Assembly: GCA_012295275.1 (NCBI GenBank)
Contig: CM022670.1
Span: forward strand, 17,422,001-17,486,000
Length of the DNA stretch: 64,000 nucleotides
Direction: 5' to 3'
DNA from: Chrysomallon squamiferum
Lineage: Eukaryota > Animalia > Mollusca
Every line of letters begins with the position of its first letter. Position 1 is the stretch's first letter. Below the pieces are notes generated by a model. It did not search any database. It was not told the origin of the DNA and worked only from the letters and a program-made list of their open reading frames with translations. Of the stretch, positions 51,001 to 61,202 are shown in pieces. Made by a program: the position numbers and the translations under genes.

Positions 51001-54000
51001 TGTTAAACAGGCAGGCATAATGCAATGTACTCATATGAAAGGAGTCTGTTTTCAAAACATCAAGAATCCTGTTTGACATCAAGTACATACAGACTGATTC
51101 ATTTCCATGTTTTGCAGCCACTAGAAGAAGATCCTCAAAAAATCTCTTTGTTGAAAAACGAGAATAACCTTTTGACTTTAGAATTGTCTCTAGAACCTGA
51201 GTGTTGGACACGGTTGCTGCAGAGTAAAGACAACTTGTGCTTGGAGTTTCATTTTGATCTGTCAAAACTTGTAAACAAAACTCAATTATATTTAAATTTC
51301 CACTGATAACTGCACAATCAATAGCAGATTTGGGATTTCGTCTTGATGGAATGTTGTTCACAACTGCATGTAATGAAACACCCTCATTTACCAAATACTG
51401 AGCAAGTTCTTTATTGCCATGTAAGCAGCACACACACAGGAGAGTCTGCAGCAATGTGCGAAACTGATCTTTCATTGGGACATCCGTCTGAGACAGTCCT
51501 TTCCTCATCCACTCAATAAGCATCTCTGCATTTTGACCCAAACCAAATTTTCCAATGTTCATCAAGTGCTGACTCCATGGTTCAATTTCACCAATGTTGA
51601 TGTCTTTTTTGTTATTATCTTGTATCACTATGTCAAGCATTGGAAACAGGTTCTGTTTAATAGCTTTCTTCAAAACAGTTTTTTCTAAAATCATTGTTAT
51701 ATGGCTGCTAGCCAGTTCTAGCATCTTAGCTCTTTCCAGTAAATCACTATCTTTGTTTTCGCCTGGATTATACTTTGCAAATACAAAGAGGAGATCTATA
51801 ACAGTAAGGCATTTTGTGATTTTTCTTGAGTACAAATCAGCACATCTATGGAAATCATTAATAAACTGCATAGTCCAAGACTGACCAACAAGTGCACAAG
51901 TGACAAGGAAAATGTCTGTAACTGGACCAATTTTTTCTCTGAAAATTAGTCTTGCCAAATTTTCTATATCTGTTTTATCCATCACATTAACATTAGAAGT
52001 GAACAGAATTTTATTGGCAAGAAAAAAATCTTTTGACATTTTATCTGAAAGGTGTTTCAACTCAGTTTTTATTTCTTCATTGAATTTTTTGTTTTGTTTA
52101 TGTATTTCTCTGATGATGTTTGAAATGCCATAGCATTCACATATGCAGACAGCAAAGGCATCAAACAGCTGTGGTTCATTTTTTAAAAACAGCTTCTTTT
52201 TTATGCAGAGCTGTACTGCCTGCAATTGACTGTTTGCTACAGCAAACACCAGAGGTGAATGAAATTGGCACAATTCTGAAATTGATTGATATGTAGACAT
52301 CTGCAACAAATATTCCATTAATTCTACATTTCCATGTGCTGCAGCTGCATGAACCATAGTAGATGATGTTTTAACACTGAATTTCAACAGGCTCAGTAAA
52401 TATTGAACCTTTTTTCTCAAAGCTACAGTCTGTGTGTCTTCTTCTGATTTCATTTGTGTAATTGTAATCTGTGGAGTCAATGATTTTGTTACCTGTTTTG
52501 GTGGGTGGAGGTAAATATTAAATGTTTTACTGTGTGGAGATATGAGAGAAGCAATTTGACGAGAATCACTTCGTTTCCAATTGTTCCTGCTTGCATTCAC
52601 AAGTCTCCTGGTTTCACCTTCTTTCTTACGAATGATAAACTTCCGTTTAGGTTTCCAATCTGGTACAGGTCTGCTATGAAGCCCTCCACCACTAAGAATT
52701 AGATTTTCTGCAATATTCCAATGTTGATTTGCCATTGCATACCACAGAGGTGTAGCACCAGATTTATCTTTCATATTGAGAATGGTTTTTACTGATTTGT
52801 ATCCATTTTCACCAAGTTTTGAAAGAATGAGAATCATTGTTTGAGATTTTCCTTTTTGACACAGGTAATGGATGGCTGTCATGTTGTGAATGTCTGAATA
52901 CGACATTTGATCTGCCAGCTTTGTGCACATTTCAGAGTTTTCCAAGAGGACATTCAACAAAGAATTCACTATATCATCATTTCTTACTCTGCACACAGAT
53001 GTCAACATTTCTCCATCTCCATTTTTCATGACATCCAGAATGTCAGATTTGTACTTACTCAGTAACAGGGTACCCAGTGTACTAGGTGCTTCAGTAATCA
53101 GTTTGATAAGTTCTCTGTAACATAATTATTTTATTTAAATTCAGTAATATGTCTTCTAAATTAAAATATTATTTTCAAAAATGTGAAACACTCAGACACC
53201 CACCATTACACTTATACACATATACATATGTACACAAACACACTGACATCCACATGCACATTCAATTATAGCTATGTTTCTTAAACCAATTTTATGGTTA
53301 AAAACAATTTACATAATCTGAATTATTAATACAATATCTAGTTATAATAGTATTTATTTATCCTTCTCAGTCTGGGATAATCTTTGTAACAGATGTTTAT
53401 AATGACTAGCAAAGTTAAAATGAAAGATTAAATTTAGAAGAAACAACTTACTTTGGATGTGACTTCATGTGTTTGATATAGTTCGTTTTTCAACAAGTAC
53501 TCCACTATTTGCCAGTATTTTTTGGTTACTGCCATTTTAAATACAGTTCCATTGTCTCTGTGGTCTGCCCAAAAAATCTCTTTGGAGCTAAATTTTAAAA
53601 ATATATATTTTTAAAATAAATTAATAAATATAATTATCAAAATGTTTTGATTTATGTATTAATCCTGAAGTATGTAAAATATCTGAGATCATTTTATGAA
53701 TATTTCTATAGTTGAATAATGATAATTTTAATAATTAGGACTAGGAGTAATGAAAATAATAGGAATAATAATAACTATAATGACAAGAAGAACAACAAAA
53801 ACAATAACAATAACAATAATAATAATCATAATAATAACAATAACTGCATTAGCATAAATTAATTGTTTACTTACTATTAAAATAGGAAGAAAAAGAATAA
53901 GTTAATTTTTGTTTCTTTTTATAAAAAATTGATTCATTAATTGTGTACTAGATAAAGGCAGAACTTAATATATTGACAGTAAAAAAAAATCAGTGTATGA

Positions 54001-57000
54001 ACATTTGTATAATTCAATAATAATAATTATATTTAACACTAAGAGTAATGAAAATAATAGCAATAATAATAATAATAGTAATAATAATAATAATGACAAC
54101 AGTAATAATGATGATAATAATAATAACAATAATAATAACTGCATTAGAATAAATCATTTGTTCACTTACGATTAAGATAGGAAAAAACAGATAACGTTAA
54201 TTTTGTTTCTTTAAACGAAAATATTAATGGTGTACAAGATAAAGGCAGAACTTGGCGTCTTTACATTAAAACAAATATCAGTGTTTCTACATAGATCTGG
54301 ACCCAGATTCAAAAAACCTCATCAAATCTGGCTGCTTTCTAAACCACTCTAATTTCAGTATATGCAAACATTTTTTGATGGCTACTAGTTTACGTTGCTT
54401 GATGTATCCTGAACTGATCAGGAGAATATTAATTTACAGTCACATAGCTTAACTCAGTATGAACCATAGTAAACATAGTAAGCAGCTAAATTTGGAACAT
54501 TTAATTGAATCTGGACCCTGATTTGCAAATACCTTGATTCAAGCTTTTTCAGAATTGTAAGTTTTCCTTTTTCCCCTTGTGTTGGAGTAACACTTTTTAT
54601 GTATGGCATCTCTAGATAAGAAAAAATAGTGTTTACACTAGATTTCTAATTTTAAAGCAACATAAATTTCTTCAATGTACTTAAATAGAAGATCAAAAGA
54701 ATACACACGCAAGCACACAAACATACAAAATAAATAAATAAATCAATGTGGTTAAGTTTAGAAATAACAAATTAATAAAAATAATGAATTATTTTAGATT
54801 CAAAAAGTAAACATTTTCAAAAAATGTGCCAGTAATACTCTTTGTTAGACAAAATCTTCTGCACGTGTAATGTTTAAATTTATATTTACCAAATTTGGAA
54901 AGCATTATTATTGGCTACAATTATCTTTTATTTATATGTACTGTAAACAATAGGTTTCTAGTGTATGTGATAGAGAACCTAACGAAACTGGCAGGCTTTC
55001 TAACTTGCAGCTGGGAGTGTCTTGCTTCCACATTCTGGTAAAATAAGGACTGCAGGAAGCAAGTATTTGTTCCCAGAGAATGGACAGTTTAATTTCAATG
55101 ACTGACATGTTAACAGTTGATTACTTACTTAAAAATTGTTTTCCACAACATGCAGCATTTAAAGTCTGTTGTCCTAGAGTATGGCCATGTTGTAAAAACA
55201 GATCAACCATCTTGATATTCCCAGCTGCAGCAGCTATGGAGAGTGGAGTGACATCATCTTTTCCTCTGCAGTCTACTGGTAGTGCATCAACAGCAGACAG
55301 ACATGATTCTGCCAAATCATAGTCTCCAACGGCAGAAGCAAACTGTAGAATGGAAATTTCCATTTTTTTAATGTATTCTAAATCTGTGGTTGACAGTTTG
55401 CTTAGAGTTGTTATCAAACTAGCTTCTTTTGTGCTTTTCTGAAGAATCTGACAAGCTCTTCTTGCTCTTAAATTATAATTTGATTTAAAGATTTTGGCTC
55501 TTTCAGATCTGTTTTGAGTCATGATCCAGGTACATAAATACTGGTGTATCATTAGTATGTATTTGGTAAACAATCTGGGAAAAATATAAAGAAGTTTAGA
55601 GGCCATTACATGTTGCATTTTTGTACTTGACTTTGTGAAATGATGCCAGGCTATTTGTTGCAGAATATCTAATGCAGTAGTTTTTCTTTCATGTGTTGTG
55701 CTGATTTCCATAATGATTTTCTCCATGTCCCCAATGTCAACTGTTTTCAAAAATGTATGCCCTTCTTGAAAGAAATATATTTGTATTTCCAGTGGTGCAG
55801 ATTGGAAGAATGATTGCCAGAATGCAGACAAAATTGGCAGTGGCACTTTCTGGTACTGAAAATAGACATGTTTGTGACAAGGTGTATTTGCTGAAAGCAA
55901 ACAGTTCCACATCACTGATCCTCCATGGCGAAGAAGCATGATTACTACTTTCCACAGCTTGTTTTGTACAGCACTGATAAAAGCTTGACAAACGCAGTGT
56001 ACAGAACTGTGCTTGGTAATCTGGGTATCTGCTAGATGAACCCCAGTTTCAATAAGTTGACAGACAACAGCTTCCATACTCTCTTCATACTGTGAAATAT
56101 TCTGTATAAAGTGTGTTAAAGGAAGCATTGATTCAAGTCTGAAGGTAAATGTGTTAACAGGTGAATCTACAGCATTTAGAAGTTGTCTGGTTTCACTGAC
56201 CATCTTCTGCGTCAACAATGACTTTGACTGCAACAGTTCTGGACAAAGTCTTATCATGACAGAAAACAATTCCTTACTTTTGTGTGGACTGTTGACTGCA
56301 GCCTGAAACACTCCTTTAGCACACACACGAGCGTGCTCATCAGCAGGACATGTACTTTCCAGTGACTGTGATTTCCAGTGACTTATCACAGTACTCAGTA
56401 TTTCTGTATTTCCTTTCCAAACAGCTAAGTGCAGTGCAAAACATATTAAAGTGGAGGCCTTATTGCTTAACAGAACATCAACTAAACTTTCATTTTCTTT
56501 TAAAACAGCTAATTCTAAAGCTGAATGGACCAAAAGATGTTTTTCTTTTTCAGAAAAAGATAAATCTTTGTACTTTTCAAGATCTGTTGGTATATAGTTT
56601 GGTGATGCACCCATTTCAATCAGCTGCTTCACAGTATTAGCTTGTTTTGTTTTATCTTTGTCACTAAATGTCTCATTTAAAATGGCCACCTGCAGGAGAA
56701 CATCAAGTTGTTCTTGTGTAAAAGTATAACAGTTATCCAGTGAAATGAGAGATTTCTCAGACCAGTATTTAGCAGCAACAATAGCAGCAGATTTGAATTC
56801 TTTCTGAAAAATATCTGGTAGGTAGACAGCAATTTTGTGAATTAATTCTGGTCTGTCATGCATTATTAGCTGACGAAGCAATGACACATCATCACTTTGA
56901 ACTGAAGAAAACCTCTGAAAAGGTTGTGTTATGATGTGGGATATAGAAACATTATTTTCTTTACTCAATGTAACCAATTTACCTTCTTCATTTCCAACTC

Positions 57001-59452
57001 GACAATAATGGACTTTCCTGAAATATAAAATTTGTCTAATTAGCTTGGAAATATAAAATATAAATATGCTTTCCAGAACCGTGACAGATAGAGGTGAGAA
57101 GTATACAAAACCACTGGGAGTAATTATTAGTAACTTAAAATTTAATGTCTTTTGTAATGTTTTCTTTATAAGAGAATAAAATATGTAATTATCATTTATT
57201 TGTATATATGCAAATAAGAAGAAAAAATATAAATTATTTATAGTTTATACTGGTTAATCAAAGTCTGTTTAAATATGAATTAATCACCAAATAAATAAAT
57301 TAAATAAAAAGGTCATTTACCTCTGTCTGTTCCCAAATTCTGTCCAAGTCTTGCTACATACTCTACACTTCTTAAGTGTAGCAGTAATAGAATTCTTTTT
57401 TGGTTTTCTAATCACTGGAGAAGCAGTGTCATGAGTGATCTGAACTGAAGAAAACCTCTGAAAAGGTTGTGTTATGATCTGGCATATAACAAAACTATCT
57501 TCTTTATTCAACGTAACCAATTTACCTTCTTCATTTCCAACTCGACAATAATGGATGTTCCTGAAATATAAAATATTAGCTTGGAAATATAAAATATAAA
57601 TATATTTTCTAGAACTGTGACAGGTAGAAGTGAGTGGTGTACAAAACCACTGGGAGTAATCATCAGTAACTTCAAATTTAATGTCAAATAAAATATCAAA
57701 TATATAGACAGTAATTATCATTTATATATATGGAAAACTATATATATTCAGTTACAATTTATACAGGTTAATTAAAGTTTATTTGAATATGAATTAATCA
57801 TCAAATAAATAAATTAAATAGAAAGGTCATTTACCTCTGTCGGTTCCCAAATTCTGTCCAAGTCTTGCTACATACTGTACACTTCTTAAGTGTAGCAGTA
57901 ATAGAATTCGTTTTTGGTTTTCTAATCACTGGACAAGGGGAGTCAGGACTGATCTGAGACCAGTCTGACCAAATTTCTGTAAGATTGACCACTTGAGAGT
58001 TTTTCTCTTCTTTAGCACTAATAATGGGTTGTTCCGAGATTGTTGAAATCCTTTTTATTAGTGATTCTGCAGTTTTCTCATGTAAAAGTGGAATATAGTA
58101 TAGCAAGGTATGACCACTGACATCAGCTGCTTTAGGATTCATTTGTTCCAAATGGTTTTGAATAAGATAGTCCATTAGTTTATCATGTTTCCTTTTTGCT
58201 GCTACCATAATGGGAGTCCTTCCACTTGAATCTTGAAGTGCTGGATTGATACTGTCACACTTCAGTAATAACATGACAGTTTTCTGATGACCTAAATAAC
58301 ATGCATAATGCAGTGGTGTGGACTTTTGCCAGTCCCCTATATTCGGATTAGCTCCTTTCTCCAGCAGCATCTTTACAGATTCATCATGATTTGACTGGAC
58401 AGCTTCGTGCAATGCTGTTCTGCCCATGAAATCTTTCAGATCAATTTCAACTCCTTGGTCAAGTAACCATTTCATCATTTCTGTATCACCATGATATGCT
58501 GCTTGTGAAAGAAATCTATTGAGCAAATGTTTTTCATTTTTCAAAAAAGGAATATAATACATTGCAAGATTTGAAAAATCTGATTCTGCTTCTTTAATCA
58601 GCAATTCTTTTGTTGTATTTGTGATCTGAAAGGTTTCTCTCAAAGTTGGCAATAGCTTCAGAACTTCATATCTCTTCCATGACACTGCCAAATGAATCCC
58701 CTTGACAAAATCATCATTGGTCATATTTTTAAAGTAAAGTAATGGAATAACATTGGTATGCCCATGCTGGCAAGCGTAATGGAAAGGCAGATGTCCATCA
58801 GGGTCTTTGTCCCCTTGATCTTGAGCTGATGTGATAGTTTTATTATCATCTGTTGACTTCTGTTCAGACATATTTTCTTTTAACAGAATCTTGATGATTT
58901 CTTCTTCACCTAATTCTGCTGCCAAATGAAGTGGAGGTCTGTAAAATGAACTCTCAAAAGGAACGACATGCTGACAGTAGATTTTTGCTAATTGTTTCAT
59001 TTTTAACTGAATTGTGTAGCAGGTGAAATGTAAGACAAGGGTTTCATCAAGAAGACCAGGATCAAGTCTAGATAAAATATACAAGGTGGATTTATTACTC
59101 AGAGTGTAAAGAATTTGTCTACAGCTGAGTCCATGTACATCCTGACAGTCCAAATCAGGATCAAGTTGTAAAAGGTAAACGACCACATCCAGTTTGTTAA
59201 AATTAAGAGCACAGTGCAGTGGTGTGCGCTTATTCATATCTTTCATGTAAATCAGAGATCGTCCAAACTGACCAATCAACAATTCACAGACATCCAGCTG
59301 ACCTGACTGTGCAGCATAGTGTAGAGGTGTGGCCTGTCGGTAATCTCTCAACGTACGAGCATCTGCCTCATTTGGAAGTTTGTGTAGAATATCACGAAGA
59401 ATTGCAGTATCTCCTCGAGAAGCAGCACAGTTCAACTGATCTACTGGAACAT
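34942..59452 (-). CDS. Copy B: giant ankyrin-ZU5-ZU5-UPA-death-death (PIDD1/DTHD1-like C-terminus) gene; 22 coding exons in window, 5' exons beyond 64000
   Basis: Exons with GT-AG ends: 59452-57835, 57560-57321, 57017-55129, 54611-54533, 53587-53452, 53114-48920, 48767-46277, 45908-45797, 45312-45214, 44855-44757, 44471-44373, 43966-43875, 42911-42569, 42257-42072, 41759-41485, 41143-40530, 40097-39955, 39432-39305, 38568-38486, 35727-35570, 35485-35361, 35053-34942 (TAA). About 13.3 kb coding (about 4,440 aa). Phases are compatible throughout apart from two frameshifts (about 53470 and about 47950). Confidence 0.85.
35746..36001 (+). repeat. 52-bp minisatellite, about 5 copies, next to a splice acceptor
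   Basis: Unit gaattattcacaatttctctaaatatgtaatacaggaaagtcaacagaaagt (starts at 35848 and 35900, among others). Confidence 0.9.
36157..37986 (-). mobile_element. Decayed, internally deleted Sola2-type DNA transposon in an intron of copy B
   Basis: Imperfect TIRs of about 340 bp (36157-36498 and 37628-37986; right end ..gacacagaatgaccc). Frameshifted transposase remnant EWNLFVTSYGKSACDGIG..VNRSLTKASLQRP..RFQEAKTVKGTQHFH matches the Sola2 HGKxxCDGxGG region. Confidence 0.8.
38486..40097 (-). CDS. Copy B: death domain 1 (exons 40097-39955, 39432-39305, 38568-38486)
   Basis: LLKDLAQDLGSEWQRVAVQLGFSE..ENQRYR|LLKSWRDS..GVPELLIALQKGGRPDLVQKI is a canonical death-domain pattern. Confidence 0.88.
38565..38760 (+). 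repeat. 68-bp tandem repeat x3 containing the acceptor of exon 38568
   Basis: cctaaataa..cattaataactc/gatttataattt at 68-bp spacing. Confidence 0.8.
38920..39153 (+). repeat. About 23-bp minisatellite, about 10 copies
   Basis: Unit ttttcattatacagtattatta(c/t). Confidence 0.85.
40530..41143 (-). CDS. Copy B exon: UPA-like domain
   Basis: VVFMAMLK..EVVVEC..EGY..PS..F.INIVG..LQYHPKRQN resembles the PIDD1/DTHD1 UPA pattern; 614 nt, phase 2-1. Confidence 0.75.
41485..42911 (-). CDS. Copy B: three exons encoding tandem ZU5-like domains ending in HFS
   Basis: ..DRELIMSDVFEFRI..FILKIPVY..; FPVTAVGGTFSS..VDIFVKPETF; LSLSNFFDISH..VIITVGLP..FWEIL..VSVHMQHFS(E). Confidence 0.78.
42925..43300 (+). repeat. 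About 20-bp minisatellite (shorter counterpart at 3455-3645 in copy A)
   Basis: Unit aataaacataagtataaact. Confidence 0.85.
43875..45908 (-). CDS. Copy B: five small ankyrin exons (112, 99, 99, 99, 92 nt)
   Basis: One 33-aa repeat per 99-nt exon with phase-0 introns. Confidence 0.85.
46277..48767 (-). CDS. Copy B exon: alpha/beta repeat region with a -1 frameshift at about 47948-47952
   Basis: ORFs 47913..48764 and 46216..47880; cagccTTTTTactc here versus cagccTTTTTcactc in copy A. Confidence 0.85.
48920..53114 (-). CDS. Copy B 4195-nt exon: long ankyrin solenoid and start of the alpha/beta repeat region
   Basis: Uninterrupted 1384-aa ORF with many ankyrin motifs. Confidence 0.92.
53452..54611 (-). 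CDS. Copy B small exons 54611-54533 (79 nt) and 53587-53452 (136 nt, 2 nt shorter than in copy A)
   Basis: Homologous to 14895-14817 and 14187-14050; the 136-nt length breaks phase with the acceptor at 53114. Confidence 0.7.
55129..57017 (-). CDS. Copy B exon: degenerate ankyrin repeats
   Basis: ORF 55121..56977; acceptor at 57018-57019, donor at 55127-55128. Confidence 0.9.
57321..57560 (-). CDS. Copy B 240-nt chimeric duplicated exon
   Basis: NIHYCRVGNEEGK..FSSVQ joined to ITHDTASPVIRKPK..CRVCSKTWTEFGNRQR; phase 2-2. Confidence 0.8.
57835..59452 (-). CDS. Copy B exon: canonical ankyrin repeats plus first half of the CxxC motif
   Basis: ORF 57831..59435: ATPLHYAAQSG, RTPLHCAL, GRTALHEAV, STPLHYACYLG. 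Confidence 0.9.
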
Positions 59453-59597
59453 CTAAACAAAATTCATGTTAGACATTAAAACAAACATAAAAACTGACAG
59501 TATTAAGAAATATTACAAATACTGGTACTAGAACAGAATTTACACAGCTTTACAGAATAAAATTAAACAGAACTAAATCACATGATATGTGAAGTAT

Positions 59598-60480
59598 GTT
59601 ACAATTCATGTTCCCACAAATGTCAATCATTTCAGAACTTCAACCAATCAATATGCACCATTTCAACACACCCATAATGCGATATTGTCCCACAAGTGGT
59701 TTTTTATGTTGATTATTGTTTGGTTCAGTTGTTCATCAAGTGTAAATACTTCCTTTGTTAGAAGGCATTATTCATAGGCACAATGGTGAAGTTAAATATT
59801 AAATATTTATTTGACAACAATATGAAATTAATTTATGCAAAATATAATTAATTCTGTTTTTCATTATATTGATAAAAATATACATGTACATTTTATATTC
59901 AGTTTATTGTTTATTATTTATTTCTCTACATTTTCAGAGTATTATTTAAATGCAAGTTTACAATATGCAAAGAACTTGTATTTTACAATTCATGTTCCCA
60001 CAAATGTCAATCATTTCAGAACTTCAACCAATCAAAGTGCACTATTTCCACACACCCATAATGCTTTATTTTTGACCGCGATACTGTTCAACAAGTGGGG
60101 GTTTTATGTTGATCATTGTTTGCTTCAGTTCTTCAGCAAGTGTAAATACTTCCTTTGTAAGAAGGCATTATTCATTGGCACAATGATCTGCTTGGGGGAG
60201 ATGGAAATTGGATGAATGGTATGAAAGTGGACAGCATTTGACATTTATACCATTTCCAAAGCCGAAAACACAAGAAAAATGTTTACATTTGAGTTAAATA
60301 TTAAATATTAATTTCACAACAATACGAAATTAGTTTATACAAAATATAATCAGTTCTGTGTTTTATTATACTGATTAAAATACACATGCACATTTTATAT
60401 TCAGTTTATTGTTTATTATTTATTTCTCTATATTTTCAGAGAGTATCATTTAAATGCAAGTTTACAATATGCAAAGAACT
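59598..60480 (+). repeat. About 385-500-bp tandem duplication inside the copy B insert
   Basis: ttacaattcatgttcccacaaatgtcaatcatttcagaacttcaaccaatc at about 59599 and 59983; both copies end tgcaagtttacaatatgcaaagaacttg. Confidence 0.85.
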
Positions 60481-60980
60481 TGCAGAATATAGTGAAATAT
60501 TCCAGAAATACAATAAAACTCTCAAAGAAGGATGCCAGTTTCAAAATGAATAGATATAATTACAATAGCTATACTGCCTATAGTATTAAAGAACAAATCA
60601 ATATTATAAGTTCTTCTCTGTGTCCAACTGACACAATTCAGACTTTCTTTTTCTGCCTTCTGTTTTTGTCTTTCCACCACAACATGGCTCATTGGCATTG
60701 GATTTATTTTTATCCCTTTTGGATAGCCCCACTGTCTTGGAATGCTCATACAACTCTGCTTTTCGGGGTATGATGTTAAATTAAGCAGCTTGAATCCTTT
60801 ACAAGGTTTTTAAGAGCCCAACAATGTGTGAGCAGTGGCCACAAAAAGAAAGTCATTTATAAACATGAACACTTGTTGTTTTCAAATAATAATAATATAC
60901 ACAGTTGATATTTAGCTATATATAAATTACCTAAATATGAATAATATACTTAGCCGCACATAGCTATTGAACAGAAAAAA

Positions 60981-61202
60981 AAGAAGAAAGAAATGATTTA
61001 TTCATGACACACTCAACACATTTTATTTACAGTTATATGGTGTCAAACATATGGTTAAGGACCACACTTTATTGAGAAAGGAAATCTGCTGTTGCCACTT
61101 CATTGGCTACTATTTCTGATTAGCAGTACCATCCCACAGACATGGTAGTATATACCAGTCATTGTGCACTGGTTGGAACAAGAAATGTCCCAATGGACCA
61201 CA
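60981..61202. mobile_element. SINE-like interspersed repeat fragment nested in the SWIM element
   Basis: (gaaa)n tail followed by cactcaacacattttatttacagttatatggtgtcaaacatatggttaaggaccac..ccatcccacagac; recalled as an abundant gastropod repeat, not searched. Confidence 0.55.

Noticed and set aside
34942-59452. Calling the gene canonical ankyrin (ANK1-3), PIDD1 or DTHD1
   Set aside because: No LRRs, no regular 24-repeat block, low similarity, extra domains and two death folds; no gene symbol assigned.
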